The translations under genes and the position numbers were made by a program. The notes under the pieces were generated by a model, which worked only from the letters and a program-made list of their open reading frames with translations, was not told the origin of the DNA and searched no databases. Below are positions 18,395 to 29,900 of a stretch of DNA of 59,341 bases, one piece after another. Numbering within the stretch: position 1 is the first letter of the stretch; each line of letters starts with the position of its first letter. Source of the DNA: a virus (Duplodnaviria > Caudoviricetes). Location: positions 1 through 59,341 of the IMG/VR virus record IMGVR_UViG_3300038334_000010; one strand, 5' to 3'.

Positions 18395-18805
18395 ATGGCA
18401 ACCAATCCGACCTTTGTAAAAGGGATTGCTGAGGTTCAGCAGGTCAAGGCCAAGCATTTCGAGCTTGAACTGGCTGACTTCACCGCCCGAAACAACAGCA
18501 TTGCGGTATCGCTTCCGCCTGGATCAGAGATTATCGGCGGCGCAATGCTAGTAGTTACCGCAGCTAATACCACAGGTACAGCTACGGTGAGCATCGGCGA
18601 TGCTGCTTCCGCCACCCGGTATATGGCGGCTACCAACGTCAAGGCTGTGGCACGAACAGCGCTTACCGTGACCGGCTTCAAGAATACCGGTCGCACGAAT
18701 GTGCTGATCGCTGCTGCATTCGCCGATGCGACGACCACAGTGCTGAAAATCCGCGTTACCATCCAGTATGTTGTGCTGGGCGAGGGCGGTTACACTGAAG
18801 GCTAA
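18395..18805 (+). CDS. Putative capsid decoration/minor protein
   Basis: AAGGAG RBS; beta-rich; right after the capsid gene. Confidence 0.65.
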   Translation: MATNPTFVKGIAEVQQVKAKHFELELADFTARNNSIAVSLPPGSEIIGGAMLVVTAANTTGTATVSIGDAASATRYMAATNVKAVARTALTVTGFKNTGRTNVLIAAAFADATTTVLKIRVTIQYVVLGEGGYTEG

Positions 18806-18815
18806 TGTGGTAGAT

Positions 18816-18852
18816 TATGTGGCGCGGGGTAACTCGCGCCACATATCACTTT
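18816..18852 (+). terminator. Strong hairpin after the capsid genes (probable terminator)
   Basis: TATGTGGCGCGGG-GTAA-CTCGCGCCACATA, weak T tail. Confidence 0.5.
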
Positions 18853-18861
18853 GGAGCAACC

Positions 18862-19242
18862 ATGGCAGACCGTAAGTTTGTTAGCAGCACGGGCGAACCG
18901 ATCAGAGTAACCATGCCGGATGGCCGCATTGCCATCGTCGGAGCAATTCCAACGGAGCTACACTCTGATTTTCACCGCGAGGCAATGAAGGCTGGCTGTT
19001 TGCCTTCGGATATGTCTCTGCCTCCGCCTGCCATTGAGCAGACGATTGATGAGAAGATTCAGGATGCGATGATCTTCGCGTACACCAGCGATGATGCGAG
19101 TGTACGAGACGAGGCATTTTCATCCTCCGGTCTTCCTCAAGTACGATGGATTGAGAAGCATATCGGCCTTTCGATTACCGCAGACCAGCGCAATGCCGCG
19201 TGGGAAGTGGTCAAACCGCAGTTGAAGCAGGCTGATTCCTGA
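18862..19242 (+). CDS. Hypothetical protein
   Basis: GGAG RBS then ATG at 18862. Confidence 0.65.
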   Translation: MADRKFVSSTGEPIRVTMPDGRIAIVGAIPTELHSDFHREAMKAGCLPSDMSLPPPAIEQTIDEKIQDAMIFAYTSDDASVRDEAFSSSGLPQVRWIEKHIGLSITADQRNAAWEVVKPQLKQADS

Positions 19243-19925
19243 TGGATGCAGGTGAGCTGATTGCCGAGTTTCGCGCTCTGGCAGACGACAAGTCAGAGCC
19301 GTTTCTTTGGGATGATGCGTCTGTGCTGCGCTGGCTGAACGAGGCCCAGGATGAAGCCGCTGAGCGCGCGCGGTTGTTGTATGACACGCATACCCCGGCC
19401 TGCTGCACGCTCACGCTCGCCATCGGCGAATCAGTATACCGCCTGCATGACTCTGTTGTTCAGGTGATCGAGGCGCACACGGTTTCTGCTGAAGGCAAAA
19501 GGACGCGCCTTTGCCGCGATGATCCGCACAAGTTTGCTGCGCTGACCTCGTTTTCAGACCACCCATCCAGCTACGCGATAATCGGGCAGGCGCGGTCTGG
19601 GCAGGGGCTATCGATCTTGCTCGACCAGCCGGCGCTTGCCGCAGATACGCTGAAGCTGTCGGTCTATCGCGTCGCGTTGCAGCCGATGGAGCTTTCTGTT
19701 GATGATCCGGAGATTGCTGAGTCAAGCCATCGCAAGTTGGTTTACTACGCTCTTGGTATCGCGTTTCAGACCCGTGACCGTGAGGCTCCAGACACCGACC
19801 AGCGATCAACGCAGTTCATGTCTGTTTTCGACGCATACTTTGGAGCGCCGAGGACTGCTGCGGTCAAGCAGAAGTTGCAGCGCCACCGTGTGCCGGTTGC
19901 TACAACTCGCGGTGGTGGCTGGTAA
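19242..19925 (+). CDS. Head-tail adaptor (tail tubular A-like)
   Basis: ELIAEFRALADD..LWDD..LRWLNEAQ; PEI..HRKLVYYAL. Confidence 0.7.
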   Translation: MDAGELIAEFRALADDKSEPFLWDDASVLRWLNEAQDEAAERARLLYDTHTPACCTLTLAIGESVYRLHDSVVQVIEAHTVSAEGKRTRLCRDDPHKFAALTSFSDHPSSYAIIGQARSGQGLSILLDQPALAADTLKLSVYRVALQPMELSVDDPEIAESSHRKLVYYALGIAFQTRDREAPDTDQRSTQFMSVFDAYFGAPRTAAVKQKLQRHRVPVATTRGGGW

Positions 19926-21244
19926 TGGCCGTTCGTGACGCCGACTTGATTGAAATTGGCCGATTCGTCGGATCAAACAATATCGCCCGCGAAACGTCGC
20001 TAGACGTGACGTTAGACCGTAACGATCCGAACATGACAGCGACGTTGCGAGACACGGCAAACGTTGATTTGGACTCTAAGGGGAAAGTAAGAACTCGCGG
20101 CGGATACACATTAGCGAGTTCTGGGGACTATCACAGCCTGTGGCGGGATGACAGGCTCGGGTTTGCATTAGCCGTTCACGATGGCAATTTGGTAGCAATT
20201 GATGACGCGTTATTTCACACCGTGCTTGCTACTGATCTGCCGGACATTCCGGTATCGTATAGCTTACTTCCATACGGTGTAGTATGGAGTAACGGATTCC
20301 AGTCAGGTCAGGTGAGTATCGACTTGGATACCGGCCCGTGGGCTACGCCAAATCCTGCCGGTACTCCTGCACTGTCGCTGACGCTTGGGGCGCTCGACAC
20401 CGGCATCTATCAGATAGCCATGACGTATGTTGACTCATCCGGACGTGAGTCTGGGGCGTCACTGGCTGTTGAAATTGAAGTTACTGGCGAAAACCAAGGC
20501 ATTTTGCTGTCAAATATTCCACAGCCAACCGATCCTTCGGTAGCCAAGGCACGTATCTATGCTACGGCTTCTGGGGACGCTATCCTGCGGCACGTCTCGG
20601 ACATTCCGATTGGGCTTGGATCGTATGCCATGATCCAGCAATCGCTTGGTAAAACGCTGGCTACGCAGTTCCTTGAGCCAATGCCATCTGGGCAGATCGT
20701 GCGCGCCTTTGCTGGCCGCAGCATTGTCGCCAATGGGCGCTGGCTACTTTTCTCTGAAGCGCTACGGTATGGACTGTACAATCCGCCTGAGAACACGATT
20801 GGATTCCCGGAAACGATTGACCTTGTAGAGCCAGTTGCTGATGGATCAAGTGGCGCAGGGTTATTTGTTGCTTCGGGTGGTAAGACGTACTTCCTGAGCG
20901 GTTCAGATCCTGCGTCGTGGTCACAGAAGATCGCCTATCCGTATGGCGTAATTTCTGGTACGTCGGTGCAGTCGCCGGCTTCCGTATGGGGAATTGATTC
21001 AAGCGAATCGATTCCAGCATGGTTATCAAAGAATGGATTTTTCGTGCTTGGTCTTCCATCTGGTTCGGTTAAACCGATTAAGGATGGCGAGTTTGCTGTC
21101 GATTCCGCTGATTATGGCGGTGCATTTTTCAGAGAAGCCGATGGACTTAGACAGGTGGTTGCAGCGCTTCGTGCGCCACAAAAGCAGGCTCTGGCATTTT
21201 CTGACAGAATGGAAGCGACGGTGGTCAGACATGACGCCGCATGA
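19925..21244 (+). CDS. Tail nozzle/stabilisation protein
   Basis: NVDLDSKGKVRTRGGY motif; position after the adaptor. Confidence 0.6.
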   Translation: MAVRDADLIEIGRFVGSNNIARETSLDVTLDRNDPNMTATLRDTANVDLDSKGKVRTRGGYTLASSGDYHSLWRDDRLGFALAVHDGNLVAIDDALFHTVLATDLPDIPVSYSLLPYGVVWSNGFQSGQVSIDLDTGPWATPNPAGTPALSLTLGALDTGIYQIAMTYVDSSGRESGASLAVEIEVTGENQGILLSNIPQPTDPSVAKARIYATASGDAILRHVSDIPIGLGSYAMIQQSLGKTLATQFLEPMPSGQIVRAFAGRSIVANGRWLLFSEALRYGLYNPPENTIGFPETIDLVEPVADGSSGAGLFVASGGKTYFLSGSDPASWSQKIAYPYGVISGTSVQSPASVWGIDSSESIPAWLSKNGFFVLGLPSGSVKPIKDGEFAVDSADYGGAFFREADGLRQVVAALRAPQKQALAFSDRMEATVVRHDAA

Positions 21245-21377
21245 TCGAAAGAAAATATGTGATTCGTGCGATAAGCGTAGTATTACGGGTGCAGTATCGC
21301 GTTGTACGATGTGTGGGTGTATTATCTGGTTGAAAGTTCGACTGTCCGGGGCTCACTGCCCCATGCTCAAATGGTGA
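21231..21377 (+). CDS. Small Cys-rich protein (DUF6171-like)
   Basis: RKKICDSC..RCTMCGC..KVRL..HCPMLKW. Confidence 0.65.
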   Translation: MTPHDRKKICDSCDKRSITGAVSRCTMCGCIIWLKVRLSGAHCPMLKW

Positions 21378-21381
21378 AACC

Positions 21382-21969
21382 ATGAAAACGCAAACTTTGA
21401 ATGAGATTCGCCGCCGTGTTGGGCAGTTTGACTACGAATTGTCGAACAATGGCGTTCTGTTCCCAAAGATGGGCATTGTCGTTGGCGGAGTGTTCACTGT
21501 CAGTGATGCCGATGGAAACAAGGAAGTCTGCCCAAACCTGATTACAGATCAGGGCTTGAACCAGATCATCAATACCATGCTGCCACCAGGCGGTGCGTTC
21601 GTGCAGATAACGCAGTGGTATATCGCGCCTTTCAGCGGCAACGTGACCCCGGACGCGACATGGACGGCAGCAAACTTCGTTGCTACGGCAACTGAGTTCA
21701 CGGCGTATGCTTCTGCAACTCGGCCAGCGCTCACCATCGCATCGCCTACCAGCACGAAAGCGAACGGTAACGGCGCTTCTCCTGCCGACATCACATTCAG
21801 CGCAGGCGGCCCGTTCAACGTCTATGGAGCTGCGATTGTTTCGGTTGCGACCAAGAGTTCAGCTACTGGCGTGATGCTGGCTGCGACCAGATTCACCAAC
21901 CCGCGACTTGCACAGGCAGCGCCCGACAAATTGACGATCCAGTATGATCTGACCGCAACTAGCACGTAA
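21382..21969 (+). CDS. Virion structural protein
   Basis: NLITDQGLN..WYIAPF..YASATRP pattern; tail region. Confidence 0.7.
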   Translation: MKTQTLNEIRRRVGQFDYELSNNGVLFPKMGIVVGGVFTVSDADGNKEVCPNLITDQGLNQIINTMLPPGGAFVQITQWYIAPFSGNVTPDATWTAANFVATATEFTAYASATRPALTIASPTSTKANGNGASPADITFSAGGPFNVYGAAIVSVATKSSATGVMLAATRFTNPRLAQAAPDKLTIQYDLTATST

Positions 21970-24158
21970 TGTCCGGCCCAAGGTTCTCCAACTGGCACCA
22001 TGTCCGTGTCATTGGGGATCGTGATGTGGCGCAAGCCTATTTCCCGCAGGCGCGCAAGGTGCTTGGCCATGTCTGGGACGAGGCGCAGCGTAACCAGCTT
22101 GGCGTAGCGACGCGACGCGTTGCGTTGCAAGACGGGACTGTCATCATCGCCGACAAGATCGGCAATATGCCGCGAATCACCATTGACGTGACCGGCAGAG
22201 CCCGTGGCGGGCCGCCTGAGCGTGGCAGGGATCGCTTCGTCGTGTGGGCGAGGGACATCGACCGCCAGAACGGCATTGGTGAGACTACAGACCTTGATGG
22301 AGCGCTTCCAAGGCATCCTCAACAAATGCTTGAGAAGTCGCCAGATTGGGCGACACGATTCTTTAATGCGGGAAGCATTGGTTTCGATGAGTTCGCGCTA
22401 CGAAAAGGCGTGTATGAAAGGATCAAGGGGCGTGGCGCGTTTCCTGATGGTGTAAGGCGCGCTGGTAACATTGATTGGGAAGACCGCCGTGGGTACCGGA
22501 TTAACTGGTATGGCCCATCAACGCGGTACTTCTTAGACCCATATGTTCAACCACAACTGCAATATCGACCATTTGTGTTCATGCTCGGCGAGCCGGTTCT
22601 GGATGTCGATGCCTACATAACGTCGTCCACCGAAACACCTATGACGGAAAAGTTCGTCATGGGCGCCTGCATCCGAGTGGTAAACGGGATCAACTGGCTC
22701 TACACGATTCAAGCAGATTTGCCGGTCATGTCAACGCCTGGTGGAACAATAAACCCTGAGGCAATCTTTCTCAGTGAGATGTATCCGCTTGGCTCCATCC
22801 CATTAAGGATGAATCGGTATGCACTTACGAGAATAAAGGCTCCCGATGAAGTAATCCGGTTCAAAGTGATAGCCGATAGCCGGCAATCGCTCTGGTTTTC
22901 GTCCATCGAGCGCGCCGCACAGCCGTGGTTTTTCAATCAAAATGGAACCGAGGCTTCCAGTTTCGCTACCAAAGGCGGACTCGCGGCATCGTTCAGAGTA
23001 TCAGATTCATTTAACTCACCACCGGGGGATCAGGATTCGCGGCTTCTGCTAACCATATTGTCTACTGGCGATGGGGCGACACTCTCGGAATCGCCGGCAT
23101 CGCTACCTGCCGGCGGCGGCCTCACTGATGGAATCTTGGCCACAGATTATGTGAAAAACGTCAGGTCAGACCTGAAAATCGTTAGGCGCATTGTAGGCGA
23201 TACGAGGGACGCACCAGCGATCAAACTTGACGATTTAATCGTTCCGCTCATATACCATGAGAATGTGGAACTTAATTCCAGTGGCATGAAGGTTGGCCCA
23301 TCGAATGCCGGTGGCTATACAAACGATCCGATTCCGAATGTCAGCCCGCCGCTACACCATACAGTCGTAACCAAGCGTTACTTGGTCTTCGCTGACATCC
23401 CGTCTAAAGTTCTTCTTTTTGCCGTCAACAAGACGACATTGAACTTCAGGCATGTCAACGAGGATGACTCTATAGGCACGTTCGGATTTGATACGAAAAT
23501 CGAGTTGTACAGGAACGGCTTGCTCGTTGCCAGTTTCCCAACGTCAACGCCAAACAAGCCAATGCTGTCAGCTTTCCCAGCCGATGAGTTCCAGATGTTC
23601 AACATAGCCAACGGCACGGGGGAGGCATTTATTGGACAACAGGGCAATTTCGTGTTCACGACGATGCTATCGAAGCTGGCGGTGAACAATATTGCTCCAA
23701 GTTTCTACGTGTATGGTGCAATTGCCAATATAAATGAACCAAGTTTTTCTATTATCTGGATGGGATTTCATGGCGTGTACGGGTATTTGGCGTACCCTGA
23801 AGGGCATATCTACGGCTCATTTGCCGTCGCAACCACGGGTTCTGGTGCAGTGCCGGTGACGAATGTTGCCGAGTATTTACGAAGTGGCGGATTCAGCGGA
23901 TCACAGGGAGACAAGGACGGCATGGTTTCCACCGTTGGGTGCGCTACAATTGACGATGTGACAATGTTCTCGATTCCGCCATACTACAGTGAAGTTGATG
24001 GTGGCCTGAATGTAATTGGCGAAAGCGACAACAGCATATTTTACGTTGATGGCGATAAAACGCTTGGCGCACTGACGGGTGTTGCTGGACAAAACTCGCG
24101 CTATCATCCTATATGGCGGCTTGGGCGCCTCGATTTGCCGGGTATAGACGGAGCATGA
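21969..24158 (+). CDS. Tail-associated protein
   Basis: 729-aa ORF coupled to neighbours. Confidence 0.65.
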   Translation: MSGPRFSNWHHVRVIGDRDVAQAYFPQARKVLGHVWDEAQRNQLGVATRRVALQDGTVIIADKIGNMPRITIDVTGRARGGPPERGRDRFVVWARDIDRQNGIGETTDLDGALPRHPQQMLEKSPDWATRFFNAGSIGFDEFALRKGVYERIKGRGAFPDGVRRAGNIDWEDRRGYRINWYGPSTRYFLDPYVQPQLQYRPFVFMLGEPVLDVDAYITSSTETPMTEKFVMGACIRVVNGINWLYTIQADLPVMSTPGGTINPEAIFLSEMYPLGSIPLRMNRYALTRIKAPDEVIRFKVIADSRQSLWFSSIERAAQPWFFNQNGTEASSFATKGGLAASFRVSDSFNSPPGDQDSRLLLTILSTGDGATLSESPASLPAGGGLTDGILATDYVKNVRSDLKIVRRIVGDTRDAPAIKLDDLIVPLIYHENVELNSSGMKVGPSNAGGYTNDPIPNVSPPLHHTVVTKRYLVFADIPSKVLLFAVNKTTLNFRHVNEDDSIGTFGFDTKIELYRNGLLVASFPTSTPNKPMLSAFPADEFQMFNIANGTGEAFIGQQGNFVFTTMLSKLAVNNIAPSFYVYGAIANINEPSFSIIWMGFHGVYGYLAYPEGHIYGSFAVATTGSGAVPVTNVAEYLRSGGFSGSQGDKDGMVSTVGCATIDDVTMFSIPPYYSEVDGGLNVIGESDNSIFYVDGDKTLGALTGVAGQNSRYHPIWRLGRLDLPGIDGA

Positions 24159-24159
24159 C

Positions 24160-24618
24160 ATGGGTATTTCGGTTTCTAGCGGCGCATCGCAAAGCCTATT
24201 AGGCGGAACACCATTTTCCACGCTGTTTGCAGGCGGCGTAATCGATATTTATTCAGGGACAGCGCCAGTCACGGCAGACGATGCAGTTACAGGTCAGTTA
24301 TTGGGCAGGGTGACGCTCAATGGCGGCGCTTTTACGGAGGGATCGTTGACCAACGGACTGAGTTTCACTGCGTCAGGCCCGTCTATCATCAAAACTCCGG
24401 GAGTGGTCTGGTCGTTGACAGGCATACTTACCGGCTATGCGTCATGGTGGAGGCTTCGCGGCAATGCGATTGACTCGGGTGGCTTTTCCCTCGCGGCCCC
24501 ACGGATTGACGGAAGTATTGGCCTGTCGAACGATCCGCTGGCAACACTGACCTTCATTAACCTGCTAGTTGAGAGTGGATTCAAGCGCGACATCAGCAAC
24601 TTCACCTTCAGACTCTAG
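24160..24618 (+). CDS. Virion structural protein (paralog family)
   Basis: IYSGTAPVTADDA..ASWWRL..RIDGSI. Confidence 0.7.
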   Translation: MGISVSSGASQSLLGGTPFSTLFAGGVIDIYSGTAPVTADDAVTGQLLGRVTLNGGAFTEGSLTNGLSFTASGPSIIKTPGVVWSLTGILTGYASWWRLRGNAIDSGGFSLAAPRIDGSIGLSNDPLATLTFINLLVESGFKRDISNFTFRL

Positions 24619-24627
24619 GAGAACCCC

Positions 24628-25107
24628 ATGTTTACAGTCTCACTTGCAACTGGAATCGGCTTGGCGGCGGCGCTCAAAACCCAACTTGACGCTGGATTTC
24701 TGTACTTGTTTGCGGGTACCGTTCCGACTACTGCTGAGGGCGCACTGGATATGGTGTCAACCCATACGCAGATCGTGAAAATAAGCCTAACTGGCGGTGC
24801 TACCGGGCTGACATTCGCAACACCAACAGCCGCTGTGCTATCCAAAACGGTTGCCGAAGTCTGGCGCGGTACATCGGCATTCTCTGGCGCGAATCAGGCG
24901 AACCCGACGCTGACCGCAGCATTTTTCCGATTCACAACGGCTGCTGATGATGGACGCGGCGCGGCGAACCCAGCAACAGGTTACCGACTGCAAGGGACAG
25001 TAAGCGGGCCCGGTGGTGCAGGTGATCTGGTGATCGGAAACGCCGTGATCGCGCCTGCATTCTTGCAGAACATCGACAACTTCCGCGTTATCCTTGACCG
25101 TGGCTAA
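24628..25107 (+). CDS. Virion structural protein (paralog family)
   Basis: AGGAG RBS; LFAGTVPTTAEGA..AAFFRF..RLQGTV. Confidence 0.7.
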   Translation: MFTVSLATGIGLAAALKTQLDAGFLYLFAGTVPTTAEGALDMVSTHTQIVKISLTGGATGLTFATPTAAVLSKTVAEVWRGTSAFSGANQANPTLTAAFFRFTTAADDGRGAANPATGYRLQGTVSGPGGAGDLVIGNAVIAPAFLQNIDNFRVILDRG

Positions 25108-26959
25108 TCTGGTCAAAGATTACGTTGCAGTCCGAATGCCGACGGCTGAAAGGCCTCGTCGGCTGCGCTATGAGCCGAATCGTGGCTGGAACGCTGGCGC
25201 TGATGGCGTTGTCCCAGCAACAGCGAACTGCACATACACGTTTTCGGTCGAACTGGCAGAACAGATTGTTGTCGGTCTATCGTTTGACAGGCCAGACTCA
25301 ACAGGGCAATCCGACGTATCACACGCCTTCTTGCTGACGATGCAGGACGCGCAAGCGATGTGGTCTATCGTTGAATATGGGTCGGTAAAGACTGACCCTG
25401 TTGCGTTCGTCAATGGCGCTGCGACGATATTCAAGGTTCTCCGTACCAGTGGAGTTGTCACCTATCAGGTGAACGGTTCCGAGGTGTACATATCGTTGAA
25501 CCGCTCCAGTGAGTCTATCAGCCAGTCTACGTCGCTGTTCGCTGCCGGCGATTCAGTTATCAACGATGCTTTTGCTGCCACAGGTGGAGCGCCGGTTCTT
25601 GCCGTGGGTGAGGCCAATGGCCGAATCCGCCTGTTCTCCGGGCAAAGTACGATGGCTCTCAGACCGCCACGGTTGCAAAGCGCCGCCAGCAATGATTGGC
25701 CCGTCGCTACCTCAGTCTACCTGCAAGGCGGGCCGCTGGCGTTTCGCATGTCCAGCAACGAGGCCATCAATGCTGGATCAGGAACCGTTGGGCCATTCTT
25801 CATTCAGGGTCGGGACTATGGAACCAGCACATTCGCAGCGCTAAGCCCTGATTCGTTTGCGCAGCTTGTACAATCATTGGGGACGGCATTTGTGACTGAC
25901 ACGCTATTTATTTCGGCGAATCCGACAGCGAACGACATAGCGATGCTCATGGATGCGCTAAGCATAGCGTCATCGGTGCTGCATTCTGCGCAGTCAAACG
26001 TTCTGCTTACAGACCATGTTGGCTTCCATTCCAGTGTTATTGCAGCGATTCAGGCGCTGTTGTCCGACAGCATAGCGTTTGGCGGTGGTGTTGAAGGCGT
26101 TTCTTTGGCTATAGAGCAACTGGTAGATGCTCTCGTGTTGTCGGGTCAGGCTGCGAGCCAATCGGAAGCCATTTCTGCCATCGTATCGGCAATATCGTTT
26201 TCCATGCTGGTTTCTGAAAAGGCAGTTTCCGTAACTGGCGACACGCTCTCCGTGAGTTCGCCCGTCGCAACCAGCGTGTTGTTCGGAAACCGGATCGTTG
26301 ACCAGTTGACGATTAGTTCGATATTGCTCAATACAGCAACACTGGTTGTTTCTGTGCGCGACACAGTGGCTATTGATGCAGTACCAGCATCTGCGCTGAA
26401 TGCCGCGAGCTTCATCGATGACGCGCTTGGGTTTGGCCTTCGTATCAAGTTGGATACAGGGGAGTACGTTGCGTACGCGATCAACACGGAAACGACTGGA
26501 CTTACCAAGTACACCAACTACCCATTCAACAGTTTTGCCAAGATCGGTGGAAAGTATTATGGGGCTGGGCCAACAGGGCTATATCTGCTGGAAGGCAGCG
26601 ACGACGCTGGAACGCCAATTTCCGCTCGCGCACGTATGGCATTCACGTCGCTTGGCAGCAGCGCCAGCAAGCGCGTATCCAGCGTGTTCTTGGCCTATAC
26701 CTCGACTGGCGCATTGCGGCTCAAGGTGCTGACGCTTGCAGCGGATGGCAGCAAGCGGGCCGACTACTACCGTCTGAACGCACAGACGACTGGGGACATG
26801 CGCGAGGGGAGAGTAAAGATCGGTCAAGGGCTGCGGTCGGTCTATTGGGGATTCGAGATCGAATCCATTGACGGCGCTGCATTCGAGATTGACTTGGTAT
26901 CCATTCACCCATTGATCCTTGAGCGACGTACCCACGGTCAGGGCGGCGGAAAGCGATGA
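25094..26959 (+). CDS. Tail protein with Asp-periodic stalk
   Basis: Periodic xDxLxI segments; C-terminal YTNYPFNSFA..RVKIGQGLRSVYW; start may be GTG at 25100. Confidence 0.7.
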   Translation: MTVANLVKDYVAVRMPTAERPRRLRYEPNRGWNAGADGVVPATANCTYTFSVELAEQIVVGLSFDRPDSTGQSDVSHAFLLTMQDAQAMWSIVEYGSVKTDPVAFVNGAATIFKVLRTSGVVTYQVNGSEVYISLNRSSESISQSTSLFAAGDSVINDAFAATGGAPVLAVGEANGRIRLFSGQSTMALRPPRLQSAASNDWPVATSVYLQGGPLAFRMSSNEAINAGSGTVGPFFIQGRDYGTSTFAALSPDSFAQLVQSLGTAFVTDTLFISANPTANDIAMLMDALSIASSVLHSAQSNVLLTDHVGFHSSVIAAIQALLSDSIAFGGGVEGVSLAIEQLVDALVLSGQAASQSEAISAIVSAISFSMLVSEKAVSVTGDTLSVSSPVATSVLFGNRIVDQLTISSILLNTATLVVSVRDTVAIDAVPASALNAASFIDDALGFGLRIKLDTGEYVAYAINTETTGLTKYTNYPFNSFAKIGGKYYGAGPTGLYLLEGSDDAGTPISARARMAFTSLGSSASKRVSSVFLAYTSTGALRLKVLTLAADGSKRADYYRLNAQTTGDMREGRVKIGQGLRSVYWGFEIESIDGAAFEIDLVSIHPLILERRTHGQGGGKR

Positions 26960-29900
26960 GCCATTGGAAGGACATTGTTGGCGCGAGCGAAAGCGCCGAT
27001 GTCTCAGCGTTTGCGCCAGTCATGTATGTTGCAGGGGCTTTTACCAAGGTCGGTGCCATGAGAGGGCCGCTGGCGCGTGTAGATAGCTCTGGAACAACCA
27101 GCCTGACATATTCAATCGACAGTGCAGCGTCCACAAATACCGTGACAAATATCGCATCTGCTGGCGGCGATCAGGTGTTCATCGCCAGCGATTTTGGCTC
27201 TGACGGATGGCTAAAGAAGCTTCTGCCAAGTGGAGAGATTGACAGCGGGTTCAATGCTTCCGTCGCAAGCTCATTTAACAGCATAACAGCGATAGGATCT
27301 GGAAAACATTTCGTCGTTAGCGGATTTTCATCGTTGTCATCAATGCTCAACGCGGACGGATCGGCTGATGGGGCGTACTCACATGCTGCGCTAGCAGCGG
27401 CTGTAGGTTCTGAGTTCATGGTATCTGCGGCGCCTGCTGGGCAGGTATATGTGTCTGGACGAATCGGAGGAACGACACCTGCGCTAGTCAGGCTACTTTC
27501 GACGGGCGCGGTTGATCCATCGTTTTCTGCAACGCTTCCTGCCGGACTCAGTTTAATCGCAGCCACGCTTTCACTCGCCAGCGGGAAGGTGCTAGTCGCT
27601 GCAGGCAACGCTTCTCAGCAATTGGTTATTTTCAGGCTGACAGCCACAGGCGCTTCTGACGGCACGTTCAGTTATGTAAATCCGCCGAGCACGTTATTCT
27701 GGCCAAGCGCAACCATGATTGAGCAGGCTGGCGGAAAGATCGTTCTTGCCAACTTGAGCAGTAAAAATGGCAATCCAGACTCAACCATACGCATACAAGC
27801 GGATGGGGCGTACGACGGTACATTCGTGTTATCTGGGACGGGGATGACGACAGCAGCGATGATCGCAGTTCGCGCAGACGGGAAAATGCTGTTCAAACGG
27901 TCAACGACGTTTGGTGTAGTACAGATAAATGCCGATGGATCACCTGATGCGACATTCGCGGAGGTGGCAGCGGTCGCTTCAACATTGGCTGCGGTTGGGG
28001 CGACTGGCAATGTGGTATTAACCGCTGGCCGGTTTGACACCATTGGCGGGGCATCCAGGTCTGGTGCGCTGCGCACAACGGCGTCAGGTATTCTTGACCC
28101 GTTGTTCATCGACCCAATGCCATCGTACGCGTTTGGGCCAAGAATCGAGCGGATTCAGCCGCTCGAAAATGGCAGTGTAATGGTAGTTGGCGACTTTTCA
28201 CAGATAGATGGGTTGCCACGTAACCATGTTGCCAGACTGTTCTCTGTAGGTAGCGTAGACCCTGCATTTCCAAACATCGCGTTTGGCGCGTCAGCAGGAT
28301 TCCCCTTCGGGCAAGACATCCTGATTGAGCCGGACGGGCGCATGATTGTGTCTGGATTCTGGAATAGCGTTGCAGGTGTCGGAAGAAGTAACGTGGCTAG
28401 GTTGTCTGCGAACGGAGTGCTTGAAACCGATTTCGTCCCTCATGCTACCAATGGCGCAGTACACAAGGTTTTCAGGAATGCCGATGGCACATTCATTATC
28501 GGCGGCGAGTTTACAACGCTTAATGGCGTATCAAGCCGTGGTTTGGGAAAACTGGCTGCTGATGGGACTAGGGACGCATCATATACCGCACACGCCATCG
28601 TTAATGATGGTATTGACCCGTTTGTTATCAGAGACATTATTCAAGATGGGACAGGATACATCGTGTTTGGCAGATTCCGTGTAGGCGCCGGTCTATCGAA
28701 GTATGCGTGGATGCGCGTTGACGCAACTGGAGCATTTGACGCTGGGTTTGCATCAAGCTCTGTTTCAAGGATAGATGCGCATAAAGCCAGAAGACTGCCA
28801 AATGGCAGAATCCTTGTCGTCGGAAACTTTGGCGCGATCAGGCTTCTTGCTGACGGAACTATCGACCCTACCCATAGTACGTCTTCCGTTGTTGGTACGC
28901 TGAGAGCAATTTCTGTTGGATCGGATAATTTGCCGGTAATTGGCGGAGACATTACGTCGGTATCAGGAAAGCCGAGGCTTTCCATTGCCAAACTAAATGA
29001 GCTCGGACAGCTCGATACCAGTGTTGGCATCCTTGGCGCAGGTGGAGTTTCAAGCCCAATATCTGACATTGCCATAGCGCCTGCCCCGCCACCTGTTCCA
29101 GCGCTGTCAATAACAGCACCAGTACCGCTTAGCGTGGACATTGGCACAGTAGTTAATCACACATATACGGTGCTTGGTGGGAATCCACCGTACACGCTAT
29201 CCGTGGTTTCTGGCGCCATCCCGGCAGGGTTAAACATATCTGGCCTTTCACTGGTAGGGACGGTGACTGCCGCAGAAACGGCATCATTCGACATTATGGC
29301 CACTGATGTTCTGCTGCGTACTGATACTGTTTCTGATTCTATTACGGTGACATCGAGCGTACAGCGATTGATTGATGGAAGAAACGCAAATGGGATTGGA
29401 AACACAGGAATCGTCTCGACACTCATGGAACTTGACGGAACGCTGGTGCCGGGATACCAGCAGACACAGCCATCCTTTGGTGCTTTTGCGAATGTTACTA
29501 TCATACGCATCAAGAAAGGGCCGGACGGCAAGATATATCTTGGCGGAGCAATCAACGGGAAAGGTATCGTCAGATTGAATGCTGACGGTACGCTTGATAG
29601 TGGGTTCTCGTTTGCTAGAAGTTTTATCGATTCGTTTGGCTTTCAAAGCGACGGGAAGATAATTGCTGGTGGTTCTACTGTTGTTGAGCGATTTAACACT
29701 GATGGAACAGTTGACGCTACATTCACTACATCTGCGCAATCCGGATTGTTTAACACTGACCGAATGGTAGCTGTACAACCAGACAATAAGGTTCTGATTG
29801 GCGGTGGCACTGGTGTCTCAAACGAAATCGCTGTTTGGAGGTTCCTTGCTGATGGTGGCATTGATGGTTCGTGGTCTGTTCCTACATCACTTGTAAGCGG